A DNA stretch of 64,000 nucleotides from the human T2T-CHM13v2.0 reference genome, Homo sapiens: NCBI RefSeq assembly GCF_009914755.1, contig NC_060939.1; one strand, written 5' to 3'. Under the pieces are notes generated by a model. The model ran no database searches and was not told where the DNA came from. It saw nothing but the letters and a program-made list of their open reading frames with translations. The number at the start of each line of letters is the position of its first letter. Position 1 is the stretch's first letter. Made by a program: the position numbers and the translations under genes. Positions 39,362-55,269 of the stretch are shown piece after piece.

Positions 39362-41720
39362 TTTTTAAAACTGCTTATTTGAAAAAAATTATGGATTCAT
39401 AGGAAGTTATAGAGATAGTAGAGAGGTGACAGTTATCCTTCACCAGTTTCTCCCAGCAGTTACATCTCATTACGTAGAGTACAATATCAAAAACAGGAAT
39501 TTGGCATTGGTATAATGTGCAAGTATGGTTCTACGTCATTTTATCACACGTGTAAATTGTATAAGCACCATTGCAATCAAACTATAGACATGTTCCTTCA
39601 CCACAAAGCTCTCTCCCTGGTTCTGTCTCTTTATAATCACTCGCACTATTCTCCTTAACCATTCAGAGCTCCTGGCAACTGCTAATGTGTTTTTTATCTT
39701 TATAATTTTGTCATTCCATGACTATTATATAAATGAAATTATAGAACTTCTGACCTTTGGAGACTGGCTTTTTTCACTTAGCATAATGCCCTGAGATCTA
39801 TTCAAATTATTGCATGTATCAATAGTTCATTTATTTTTACTGCTGACTAGCGTCCTATGACATGGATGTGCCACAGTTTGTTTAACTATTGATCTGTTAA
39901 TGAAAATTTTGGATATTTCCAGTTTGGGTTATTAAAATAAAGCTGCTATGATTAATCATATGTAGATTTTTGTGTAGACATATTTTCATTTCGCTAGGAT
40001 AAATGCCTAAATGTGTAATGGCTTGTTGAATTATGAGTGTATGTTTAGCTTTATGACATCGTACACGAGACCCAGTTTCACAGCATCCTCTCCACCATTT
40101 GGTATTGTCACTGCTTTTTGTTTTATTTGTTCTATTAAATGTGTAGAGACATTTCACTATGGTTTTTATTTGCATTTTCTAAATAGCTACTAATATTGAT
40201 TATCCTTTCATAAGCTTGTCATCCATATGTCCTCTTTAGTGAAATAACTGTCTGTATCTTTTGCCAGTTTCCATATTAGATTTTTTCTGTTGAATTTTGA
40301 GAGAATTCTTTACATATTACAGAAACTAGTCCTTTGGTGGATTTGTGATTTACAATTTTTTTCTTCCAGTTCATTGCTTGTCTTTTTATCCTCCTAACAA
40401 GGTCTTTCTAAGAACAATTTTTTAAATGTTGAAGTCCAAATAATTGATTCTTTCATATTATGCTATTGGTATCATTATTAAGAATTAATCCCCAAGCCCT
40501 ATGTCTTGAAATTTTCTCCTAAGTTAACTAAGAGTTTTACATTTTTATATTTTACCTTTAAATCTATGGTTCATTTTGAGATAATTTTTGCAAAAAATGT
40601 GAAGTTTAGGTAAAGTTTCCTCTTTTTAAAATTTATTTTTATTTTTGCCTATGAATATCCAATTGCTCAAGCACTAGTTGTTGAAAAGTTTATCTTCCAT
40701 TGAATTGCTTTTGAATCTTTGCCAAAAAAAATCAGTTGACCAGAAATGTGTGGGTCTTTTTCTGGGCTCTCTATTCGGTTTCATAAATCTAAATGCCATT
40801 CCATTTACCAGTACAACACAGTCTTGGTTGCTATAAATATAAAGTAATCTTAATTGAATAAAGTAATCCCTCCCATTTTATTCTTTTCTATCAGAGTTGT
40901 TTTTAGCTATTGTAGTTCCCTTATCTTTCCATATAAGTTTCGGAGAACTCTTGTCCTTAAATATAAAAATAATTCTAGGGCCGGGCACAGTGGCTCACAT
41001 CTGTAATTCTAGCACTTTGAGAGGCCATGGCAGGTGGATCGTGAGGTCAGGCATTTGAGACCAGCCTGGTCAACATAGTGAAAACTTGTCTCTAATAAAA
41101 ATACAAAAAATTAGCCTGGCATGGTGGTGGGTGCCTGTAATTCCAGCTACTCAGGAGGCTGAGGCAGGAGAATCACTTGAATCTGGGAGACGGAGGTTGC
41201 GGTGAACTGAGACTGCGCCACTGCACTCCAGCCCGGGCGACAGTGTGAGATTCCATCTAAAAAGATAATAATAATAATAATTCTAGGTTTTGGTAAAAAT
41301 TGTGTTAAGCCTTTATATAAATTTGGGGATTATCTGTATCTTGCTATGGTAACTTTTCCAATTCACAAACGTGGTACATCTCTTCATCTATTGAGATATT
41401 CTTTGAATAATTTCATCAGTGTAATAGGGAGTGTAATAGGGAAATTTAAGTCTCAAACAATATTTGTGTATTTGTTTATTTTTCCTTAGTGTCAGATTTT
41501 GCTTTATCTATTTTGCAGCTTTTTATTTGGTACATGTTCATTTTTGATTGCTTTGTCTTCTAAGTAGATTGACTTCTATATCATTATGTGCCTCTCTGAT
41601 AGTTTTCTTTGCTTTGAAGTCTGCTTTATCTAATATTAGCACAGATACTATTGCTTTATTAGATTAATGTTTGTATGGTCTTTTTCCATTGATTACTTTC
41701 AACTGCCAATATCATGAATT
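39362..41720 (-). mobile_element. L1MC-type LINE, 3' end and ORF2 fragments
   Basis: Minus ORF MQIKTIVKCLYT...DNTKWWRG; characteristic 3' UTR. Confidence 0.75.
40979..41280 (+). mobile_element. AluS with (AAT)n tail
   Basis: TSD AATAATTCTAG. Confidence 0.96.
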
Positions 41721-42352
41721 AAAGTCTGTGGTAATTTTTATGCAAAAGAAAACTTATACACAATACAATACGTACAGTAACCTCTAGAAAAACAATACAA
41801 AGAAATATTCTAAAAACTAAAAAATGTTCAAGTAATCCAAAGCAATGCAAGAAAAAAGAAAATACAGAAATGAAAATCAGGGAGAACAAACAGATGACAA
41901 AAAATAAAAGGATAAACTTAAGCCTTAACATATCAATAATTACATTAAATGGTGTAAATGCACCAAATAAAAGTTACAGCATAATAAAGTGGATTAAAAA
42001 ACATGCCTCAACTATATGCTCTCCATAAGGAACTTAATCCAAATGTAATGGTATTGGGAGTTTGAAAGTAAAGCATGGAAAAAGATAGGCCATAGAAACA
42101 TTAATCTAATAAAGCAACAGTAGCCATGCTAATATTAGATAAAGTAGACTTCAAAGCAAAGAAAACTAACAAAGAGGCACATTATATAATGATATAGAGG
42201 CCAATCTACTTAGAAGACATCGCAACAAAAATGAATATGCACCAAATAAAAAGCTGCAAAATAAATAAAGCAAAAGCTGACACAAAGGAAAAACAAACAA
42301 ATCCACAAATATTGTTTGAGACTTAAACTCCCATACTACACTGATGAAATTA
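41408..42352. repeat. inverted duplication: arm 1 at 41408-~41720, arm 2 at ~42047-42352
   Basis: Arm 2 is the reverse complement of arm 1 over ~310 bp, with shared blocks such as aaacattaatctaataaagcaa, gacttcaaagcaaagaaaacta, caatctacttagaagaca, cacaaatattgtttgagacttaaa, tacactgatgaaatta. Confidence 0.9.
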
Positions 42353-43497
42353 ACTCAAGATGGATTAAAGACTTAAACCTAAGACCTAAAACCATAAAAA
42401 TCCTAGAAGAAAATGTAGGCAATACCATTCAGGATATAAGCATGGGCAAAGACTTCAGGACTAAAACACCAAAAGCGATGGCAACAAAAGCCAAAATTGA
42501 CAAATAGGATCTAATGAAACTAAAGAGCTTCTGCACAGAAAAAGAAACTATCTTCAGAGTGAACAGGCAATCTGCAAAATGGGAGAAAATTTTTGCAATC
42601 TATCCATCTGACAAAGGGCTAATACACAGAATCTACAAGGAACTTAAACAAATTTACAAGAAAAAAACAACCCCATCAAAGAGTGGGTGAAGGATATGAA
42701 CAGACACTTCTCAAAAGAAGACATTTATGCGGCCAATAGTTATATGAAAAAAGCTCATAATCACTAGTCATTAGAGAAATGCAAATCAAAACCACAATGA
42801 GATACCATCTCACACCAGTTAGAATGGCGATCATTAAAAAGTCAGGAAACAATAGGTGGTGGAGAAGCTGTAGAGAAATAGGAGTGCTTTTACACTGTTG
42901 GTGGGAAAGTAAATTAATTCGGTCATTGTGGAAAACAGTGCGGCGATTCCTCAGTGATCTAGAACCAGAAATACCATTTGACCCAGCAATCCCATTACTG
43001 GGTATATACCCAAAGGATTATAAATCATTCTACGATAAAGACACATGCACACATATGTTTATTGTAGCACTGTTCATGATACCAAAGACTTGGAACCAAC
43101 CCACATGCCCAACAATGATAGACTGGATAAAGAAAATGTGACACATATACACGATGGAATACTATGTAGCCATAAAAAAGGATGAGTTCATGACCTTTGC
43201 AGGGACATGGATGAAGTTGGAAACCATCATTCTCAGCAAACTAACACAGGAACAGAAAACCAAACACCGCATGTTCTCACTCATAAATGGGAGTTGAACA
43301 ATGAGAACACATGGACACAGAGAGGGGAACATCACACACTGGGGAGTTGTTGGGGAGTGGGGGACTAGGGAAGGGATAGCATTAAGAGAAATAGCTAATG
43401 TACATGACGGGTTAATGGGTACAGCAAACCACCATGACACATGTATACCTATGTAACAAACCTGCACATTCTGCACATGTATCCCAGAACTTCAAGT
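42346..43497 (+). mobile_element. L1PA (about L1PA7/8), 5'-truncated, sense to the host gene
   Basis: ORF2 C-terminus [17 protein letters not shown]... and MQIKTTMRYHLTPVRMAIIKKSG..., followed by the G-rich primate 3' UTR. Confidence 0.93.
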
Positions 43498-43618
43498 GTG
43501 TGTGTGTGTATATATATATATAAAATATATATTAAATATATATTTCATATATATTTATGTATAATATAAAATAATATATTTAATATAATATATAATATTT
43601 AATATATATATATTTTTA
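43497..43618. repeat. (TG)n/(TA)n AT-rich microsatellite replacing the L1 tail
   Basis: Read directly. Confidence 0.9.
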
Positions 43619-43619
43619 A

Positions 43620-44117
43620 AAGCTTGAACCTTCCTCCTTGGGAACTGGAGCTGGGACAAGACAAGAATACTCACTCTCATCACTCCTGTTCAACATGTAC
43701 TAGAAGTCCTAGCCAGAGCAGTCAGGCAAGAGGAGGAAATGAAAGGCATCTAAATAAAAAAAGAAGTCGAAATATCTCTCTCCTCTGAAGATACGATTCT
43801 ATACCTAGGATATCCTAAAGACTCTTCCAAAAGACTCCTGGCACTGATAAATAACTTTAATAAAGTCTCAGGATATAAAATCAGTAAAAATGTCAGCAGC
43901 ATTTCTATACACCAACAAGGTCCAGGTTGAGAGTGAAATCAAGAACACAATCCCATTTACAATAGCCACAAAGAAAATGAAGTACTCATAAATATAGCTA
44001 ATGAAGGAGGTGAAAGATTTCAACAAGAACTACAAAACCTTGCTGAATAAATCGGAGACAACAGAAATAAATGGAAAAACATTCTATGCTCACAGATTGG
44101 AAGAATTAATATCATAC
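43620..44117 (+). mobile_element. older primate L1 ORF2 (RT region) fragment
   Basis: ctagaagtcctagccagagcagtcaggcaagag...ggaagaattaatatcat. Confidence 0.85.
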
Positions 44118-44119
44118 GA

Positions 44120-46480
<2,361 letters not shown>

Positions 46481-47184
46481 AGGCTTAAGATTCCTATCTT
46501 CATAGGCAAATCTTTTCCATTCACGTTCCTAGGTGGAAAGAAAATTTCCCTCTGTTTCTCCACTTCCGTAGTTAATTCTTATCTCATGCTTTTATATTTT
46601 ATGAGTGTTTTTAATAATATTCTTTCTGGTTTTATTCAAATAGTTCTAGAAAGTTATAGCTTTTCTTGTTTACAGATTCTATTGTACCTGGGTTTACCAC
46701 TACTGTAAAAGTTGCGTGACCAATGGTGTTATTTATCTTGGTTTTCAACTGTTAGCATCCCCTGTCCCTAGCACAATGCCTAGAACTTAGGGACACTTGG
46801 TGGATGGGAAATGAATCAATGAATGAAATGTTTCAATATTCCTGTGAGCAATTTTGATTTTTACTGCACTGAAGATTAGTTTTGAGTTGCTTCTTCATTT
46901 GTAATAATTGGGAGATTATGTTTGATTTTGAGCTTAGATATGTTTTAAAGTTTAACAAAATCATGTTACCTAGTATTTGTGTGTCTGCATGGAATTTTGG
47001 TATATGTGGACCAGAGGGAAGAATCCTTCCATGTGGTATCTTATTTTGCTTTATTGCCTGGCAGACTAGACTGGATTTTCAAAAACAGAAAATAAAATTT
47101 TGATTGTGTTATATGTCATTCTCTTGCTTGAAAACATTGTGTGATTCCACATTGCGATTAGGATATAATTTATATTCCTTAATA

Positions 47185-47544
47185 CAGTAGTCTCCCTGAT
47201 CTACTATTTACTTTCCATGGTTTCAGTCACCCATGGTCAACAGTGGTCCAAAAATATTCAATGGAAAATTCCAGAAGTTAATAATGAGTAAGTTTTAAGT
47301 TGTATCCCTTCTGAGATAGGTAATGAAATCTTATGAATTCTGCTTTGTCCTTCCCAGGACGTGAGTCATCCCTTTCTTCAGCATATTCATGCTGTATACA
47401 CTATCCATAGTTAGGCACTTAGTAGTCATCTCCGTTATCACACCTAAACAATGTAGCATGTTTAGAGTTTGGTGCTATCCTTGGTTCTAGTCATGCACTG
47501 GGGATCTTGGAACATATCCCCGCAGGAATAAGGGCTGACTCCTA
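47185..47544 (+). mobile_element. MER44-type (Tigger7-derived) MITE, inserted in an L2
   Basis: TA|CAGTAGTCTCCC...aaaatattcaatggaaaattccagaa...ataagggctgactccta|TA. Confidence 0.85.
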
Positions 47545-47860
47545 TAAAATATGTAAGGACTTTTGTGTTAGAACCTTATTCACTCTCCTTTCATTTCTTG
47601 CAATTGTTTACTGTCGCACTCCCATGTCTCAGTCCCTAACACTCTATGCTCTTTCAAGCTTCAATGCCTTTTGAAATCCTTTTTACTCTGCCAGGAATAC
47701 CTTCACACATCAACAAAACCCACTCCTCTCCCGAATGAGTCCTTCCCAAACCCAATGTTCTCCATGGCTGAAGAGTTAGAGGATCTCTTCTCTGTGCTTC
47801 CATATCACTTTGTTCATATCTTTAACATCCTTATGATACTGAACTGTCATTGCAATTCAG

Positions 47861-48183
47861 TTTTTTTCTTTTTCTTTTTTTTTCTTTTTCTTTTTTTTTT
47901 GACAGCGTCTTGCTCTGTCACCCAGGCTGGAGTGCAGTGGCACAATCTAGGCTCACTGCAAGCTCCGCCTCCCAGGTTTACTTATGCCGTTCTCCTCCCT
48001 CAGCCTCCTGAGTAGCTGGGACTACAGGCGGCTGCCACCACACCTGGCTAATTTTTTGTATTTTTAGTAGAGATGGGGTTTCACCATGTTAGCCAGGATG
48101 GTCTCGATCTCCTGACCTCGTGATCTGCCTGCCTCGGCCTCCCAAAGTGCTGGGATCACAGGCATGAGCCACCGTGCCTGACC
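47861..48183 (-). mobile_element. AluY, full length
   Basis: TSD CAATTCAGTTTTTTT. Confidence 0.96.
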
Positions 48184-50301
48184 AATTCAGTTTTTTTAGA
48201 TTACTGTTGAGGCTGTAAATGAGTGATCAAAGGTATGTGAGTTATGAGTTAAATCAGCATTAATCTCCCAGCACTCATCCAGTTGCATCCAGAAGTATGT
48301 CTGAAACATACACCATCCACAGGTACTTCCTCTGACCTGGAAGCATGTGCTCCTTATTAATAATTCACAAGACAGTTTAAGGAATTCAATAAAAGGGAAG
48401 ATAAAGTTATTTGCAGACTTATCTAGCATACAGTAGGTACTCTGTAAAGGCTAATGACAGCTCAGCAACCCTCTGATTTCATTAATGATTTTTCTTTGCA
48501 CTGTTTTTGGCTCCCATGTGATGACTTTCAGGCATACTACACATGTATCAAAGTCGTATCTCTTTTAATATGGTGACAAATAGAGCAAACTGTTTCCAAA
48601 GAAGATAATGAATTATCACCAGTGGGAAATTTATACTGTGTTATCACTGAAGAACCTCAGAGCAAAGATGTTTAAGGGAATTCCTAAACTAGATAGGGTG
48701 GAACTCAATTTACATACAAACTTGGAGATCTCTCCTATTCAAATTTCCTTCAAAAAGTGTGTTATAATAGAGGTAAAACATTGAGGGAGAAAATACAACA
48801 TTTTTACTTTTATCTTAGAAGATTGTAAATTGACTATATCTATCCATCTTAATCTTAAATGTAGGCATTAGGTATTATGAATATTTATTTTTCGTGGTAA
48901 CTGGTGAATAAACATTCCTTGTTTTAGTGAAAATTCACTACACATACCAAAAGATATCATAGAATTTAGAGCTAGAAGATTTAGATAGATGCTGGTCAAA
49001 TATTCTTATTTTACTTATATATGAAGGAAAACTGAGGGTTAGGGAGATGACATGTTTCCGTAGATTACGTTCAGATTTACTTCTTGGGGATGCTCACACA
49101 AGAACCTCTGATGGATCTAATACACAGGAGACACACATATATTATTGGTATTTCTATATACTGAGAATTTTGGTTTTATAGGTCACCATGCAGCATGGTT
49201 GAATAGAATAGTGCTGTTCGCCGAGTAAATATTTTATCAGTTTTTTTATTTTAAATTGTTTGTGGAATTTGAAGACATTAAAATTGTATAACCACTACAA
49301 ACTTACTTTAATCCCATTTATAGGGGAAGTTTCACTATAAAGTAGATGGATGTACTGTGGTCTCGCATTAACGACATTAAATTGCTGAGCTGCAAAATGA
49401 ACCTGTTGTGAGATGATATGTGCCTTCTAAGACTAGGAACATTGGGAGCAGCATTATAGGGAGTACCCAGCATGTAATTACAGACATTTTACCACAATTT
49501 TACTAAGCAGAACAACTGTATGTAGAATAAAAGGCAATTTATCAGCGAACAAAGACTGTGTGTATATGTGTGTGTATTTACTATATCTATCTATATACAC
49601 AATATCTGTATATACATATATGATTATCTGCATATCTGTACATGTTTTATATATATATTACACTGCCCCTTGAATAATAGCCAAGATTTTTGCCTATTGT
49701 ATACATTTTACATTTTATTCTTTCCCCAGCTTTATTAAGGCATAGTTGACAAATAAATTAGCTATTTCAAGGTGTTAAAATATAATGATTTGATATTCAT
49801 ATACATTGTGAAATGATTACCACAATAAAAGCAACTAATACATCCATCACTATACTGAGTTACGTGTGTGTGTGTGTGTGTGTGTGGTGAGGACACTTAT
49901 GTACTATATTAACACATTTCGAGAAAACAATGTAGTATTATTGGCTATAGTTGTCATGGTGTGTATTAGATCCCCAGAATTTATTCATCTTATAACTGAA
50001 AGTTTGTACACTTTGACCAAAAACTATTTCCCCCACCCCCAGCCCTGGCAACTACTGTTCTATTCTCCACTTTTATGAGTTCAGTTTTTTTTTTTTGTGA
50101 GATTTTACTTATAAGTGAAATAATATTTCTCTTTTCTTTTTCTGCCTTATTTCACCTAGTATATGTCCTCTAGATTAATCAATCTTGTCATGAATGGCAG
50201 GAGTTTTTTCTTTTTAATGGCTAAATAATCATCTGTGTGTGTGTGTGTGTGTTTGTGTGTGTATACACATATATACACATAACATTGTCTTCATCTGCTG
50301 A

Positions 50302-50535
<234 letters not shown>

Positions 50536-51956
50536 AAAATAGGTTGTTTTTATACCTTGGCTATAGTGAATAATTCTGCAGTGAATATGGCAGTGCAGGT
50601 ATCTCTTCAACATGCTAATCTCATTTTATTTAAATTTATACCTATAAGTGAGATTGCTGGATTATTATAGTAGTTCTAGTTTTATGTTTTTGAGGAACCT
50701 CCATACTGCTTTACTTAATGGCTGTACCAATTTATGTTTCTGTCATCAATGTACAAGAGTTCCTTTTTGTGCATGCCATTACCAACACATTATCTCTTGT
50801 GTTTTAATTATAACCATTCTAACAGGTGTGAGGTGATATCTCATTTTGGTTTTGATTTGTATTTCTCTGCTGATGAATGATATTGAGCACCTTTTTAAAT
50901 GTGTATTAGCCATTAATGTCTTTTTTGAAAAAAATACCTGTTTTAGACCCCTTGCCAATTTATTAATCAAAGAGTTTGTGATTTTGCTATGGAGTTATAT
51001 ATTTTGGATATTGACCCTTTATCAGACATATAGTTTGCAAATATTTTCTCCCATTTCACGGTTTCCTTTTCATTTTGCCGATTGTTTCCTTTGCTGTGCA
51101 AAAGCATGTTAATTTGATGAACCTGTTTATGTTTTATTTTGTTGCCTGCATTTCCAGTGTCATATCCAAGGAAATTATTGCTATCCCGGCCAATACGTTG
51201 CCAATGGTAAATTTTCCTTAAACTTTTATCTTGGAGCTTTATGGGTTCAGGTCCTACACTTAAGAATCCATTCCAAGTTAATTTTTATGTGGTATAAAAT
51301 AAGGATCCAATTGTATTCTTTTACATGTGGATATCTCATTTTTCCAATACCATTTATTGAAGAGACAGTCCTTTCCCCATTGTGTATTCTTGGCACCTTC
51401 ATCAAATATTAGTTTGCCATATGTCTGTGGTTTTATTTCTGAGCTCTCTCTTCTGTTCCATCAGTCTATGTGTGTATTTTTATGCTGGTACCATATTGTT
51501 TCAATTACTATAACCTTGTAATATAGCTTGAAATCGGGACAAATCATGCCCCAGCTTCGTTCTTTTCTTTAAAGATTGCTTTGGCTATTCAGGGCTTTTT
51601 TATGATTCCATATAAGTTTTAGAATTTTTTTTCTATTTCTGTAAAAAAGCCATTGGAATTCTGGTAGAGATTCCTTTGACTCTGTAAGCCTTTGAAAAAG
51701 CCATGGGAATTTTGGTAGAGATTCCTTTGAATCTGTAGGTCACTTAAAATGCAAGCTTTTTAAGGATATCAGTTTTTCCAGTGCAGGCACACTGAACATC
51801 TTTCCATTTATTTATGTTTTCTTCAATTATTTCATCGATGTCTTATAGTTTTCAGTGTAGTCTTATAGTTTCCAGTGTACAGATCTTTCACCTCCTTCGT
51901 TAAATTTATATGTAAGTATTTAACATTTTGATATAGTAAATTTTAATTTTTAAAAA

Positions 51957-52162
51957 TTTCTTTTTCAAGATGGAGTCTCACTCTGTCACCAAAGCTGGAG
52001 TGTAGTGGGGTAATCACTGCTAACTGCAGCCTTGACCTCCCAGGCTCAGGTGATCTTCCCACATCAATCTCCTGAGTAGCTGGGGCTATAGGCATGTGCC
52101 ACCATGCCCTGCAAATTTTTTTTTTGTATTGTTTGTAGAGACTGGTTTTGCCATGTTGCCCA
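51957..52162 (-). mobile_element. truncated AluJ (right arm)
   Basis: gatggagtctcactctgtcacc...gccatgttgccca. Confidence 0.88.
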
Positions 52163-52656
52163 CTGTTTTAATATTTTTTCAGATAGTTTGTTATATTAGT
52201 GTATAGTTTTTTTATCATGACACTTTAGATTTGTTTATCAGTTTTAAGTTTTTTGGTGGAGTCTAGGGTTTTCCATATGTGAGTTATTGTCACCTGTAAA
52301 CAGAAACGATTTACTTCTTCATTTTTTTATTTAGATGCCTTTTATTTATTTTTTTCTTGCCTTATTTCTCCAGTGAGAACTTCTAGTACTATGCTGGATA
52401 GAAACGATGAGAGTGGGAGCCCTTGTCTTGTTTCTGATCTTAGGGGAAAATCTTTCAGCTTTTCACTGTCGAGTATGATGTTAGCTATGGGCTTATTGTG
52501 TATGGCTTTTATTATGTACAGGTGCATTCCCTCGATATCTGATTTGCTAAGAGTTTTTATCATGAAAAGATGTTGAATTTTGTCAAGAGCTTTTTCTGCA
52601 TCTATTCAGATCATTATATAATTTTCATCCTTCATTCTTTTATTTTTGTGTATCAC

Positions 52657-52949
52657 TTTTTTTTTTTAACTTTAAGACAGGGTCTTGCTCTGTCACCCAG
52701 GAGTGCAGTGGTACAATCTAGGCTCACTGCAGCCTCAATATTCTCAATCAGTCCTCCCATCTCAGCCTCCCCAGTAGCTGGGAGTAGAGGTGTACACCAC
52801 CATGCTTGGCTAATTTTTGTATTTTTAGTAGAGATAGTGTCTTGCCCCAGCTAGTCTTGCCCAGGCTAGTCTTGAACTCCTGGGCCGTAGTGATCTGCCC
52901 ACTTGGGCCTGCCAAAGTGGATTACAGGCATGAGCCACTGCACTCAGCC
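52657..52949 (-). mobile_element. AluJ
   Basis: Poly-T, degenerate dimer, gtgtat flanks. Confidence 0.9.
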
Positions 52950-54272
52950 GTGTATGCCATTTATTGATTTGCATTCCTTGAAACATCCTTGCATCCTAGG
53001 GATAAATTCCATTTGATCATGGTGTATGATCCTTTTACTGTGCCATTGAATTTGGTTTGTTAGCATTTTGTTGAAGACTTTTTTGCATCTATGTTCATCA
53101 GGAATAGTGGCCTGTAATTTTCTTGTAGAATCCTTGTCTGGCTTTGGTGTGAGTAATGCTGGCCCATAAAATGAGGTGTAAGTATTATCTCCTCTTCAAT
53201 TTTTTGAAGAGTTTGAGAAATACTGGTGTTAAATCTTGGCACACAATGAAGCTATCTTGTAATGGGCTTTTCTTTGTTGAGAGATAATTGATGACTACTT
53301 CCATGTTGTTACTCATTATTGGTCTGCTCAGACTTTATCTTTCTTTATGATTCAGTATTGGTAGGTTGTATGTTCTAGTAATTTATCCATTTCTTCCAGG
53401 TTATTCAATTTGATGGCATGTAATTATTCAAAGTGGTCTCTTGAGATCCTTTGTAGTTTTGTGCTACCAGTTGTAATGTTGCTCTTCCATTTATAATTTT
53501 ATTTATTTGATCCATTTCCCTTATTTTCTTGGTGAGTCTAGCTAAGAGTTTGACAATTTTGTTTATATTTTCAAAAAAACCCTCTTAGTTTCATCTATCT
53601 TTTCCATTGTCATTGTAGTCTCTATTTCATTTATTTCTTCTGTAATCTTTATTATTTCCTTAGTTCTGCTGACATTGGGCTTAGTTTGTTTGGTTTTGTA
53701 TCTAGTTCTTTGAAGTAAAAATTTAGGTTGTTTATTTGAGATCTTTTTTTAAATGTGGGTATTTATCACTGTATCCCTCTTAGAAGTGCTTTTGCTACAT
53801 CCTGTAAGTTTTGGTATATTGTGTTTCTATTTTTGTTTGTCTCTAAATATTTATTAATTTCACCTTTGACCCATTGGTTCTTCAGGAGTGTGTTGTTTTA
53901 TTTCCACATATTTGTGGATGTTCTAAAATTCTTCCTGTTATTGATTTCTACTTTCAAATATTGTGGTCAGAAAAGACACTTGATATGATTTCAATGTTTA
54001 AATTTGTTAAGATGTGTTTTGTGGCTTGAAGACTTTTCCAAAATGTACACTCTAGAGGAATATATATTCTGTTGCTGTTGGGTAGAATATTGTGTCATTT
54101 TAAAATATTTTCAACAATATGATTATTAAATAACAGAATCTTGGAAAATATAAGAGAATATGAATGAATATATTAACCTATTACTGAAGTTTAATAACAT
54201 TATGGGGATGTTTTTCTCAAGTCTATTTCTATATATAACTGTTTTTGTTTTTACATAGTCACCTTATAACCT

Positions 54273-54300
54273 GAAGTAACCTCAAACATGAGGTTACTTC
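54273..54300. repeat. perfect hairpin, 12-bp arms, 4-nt loop
   Basis: GAAGTAACCTCA-AACA-TGAGGTTACTTC. Confidence 0.95.
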
Positions 54301-54510
54301 CTAATTTTTATTTTATACATCAGGAACATTTTCTATATTTTTATTTAGCCTCTAAATGCATTGATTTTAATGGTCACAGATTATTGCATCAAAGTCATAG
54401 AACATAATTTTCAACCCATAGTTCTATATTTAATCATGTATGCTTTTGCAATTTTTTGGTAGTAAATAATGAAACAGTGCCAATCTTAACATATTTTTTA
54501 GTATTTAAAT

Positions 54511-55264
<754 letters not shown>

Positions 55265-55269
55265 AAAAT

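Noticed and set aside
42316-43141. L1 ORF2 ORFs as an active LINE
   Set aside because: 5'-truncated, with no promoter, ORF1, EN or RT domain, and internal stops.
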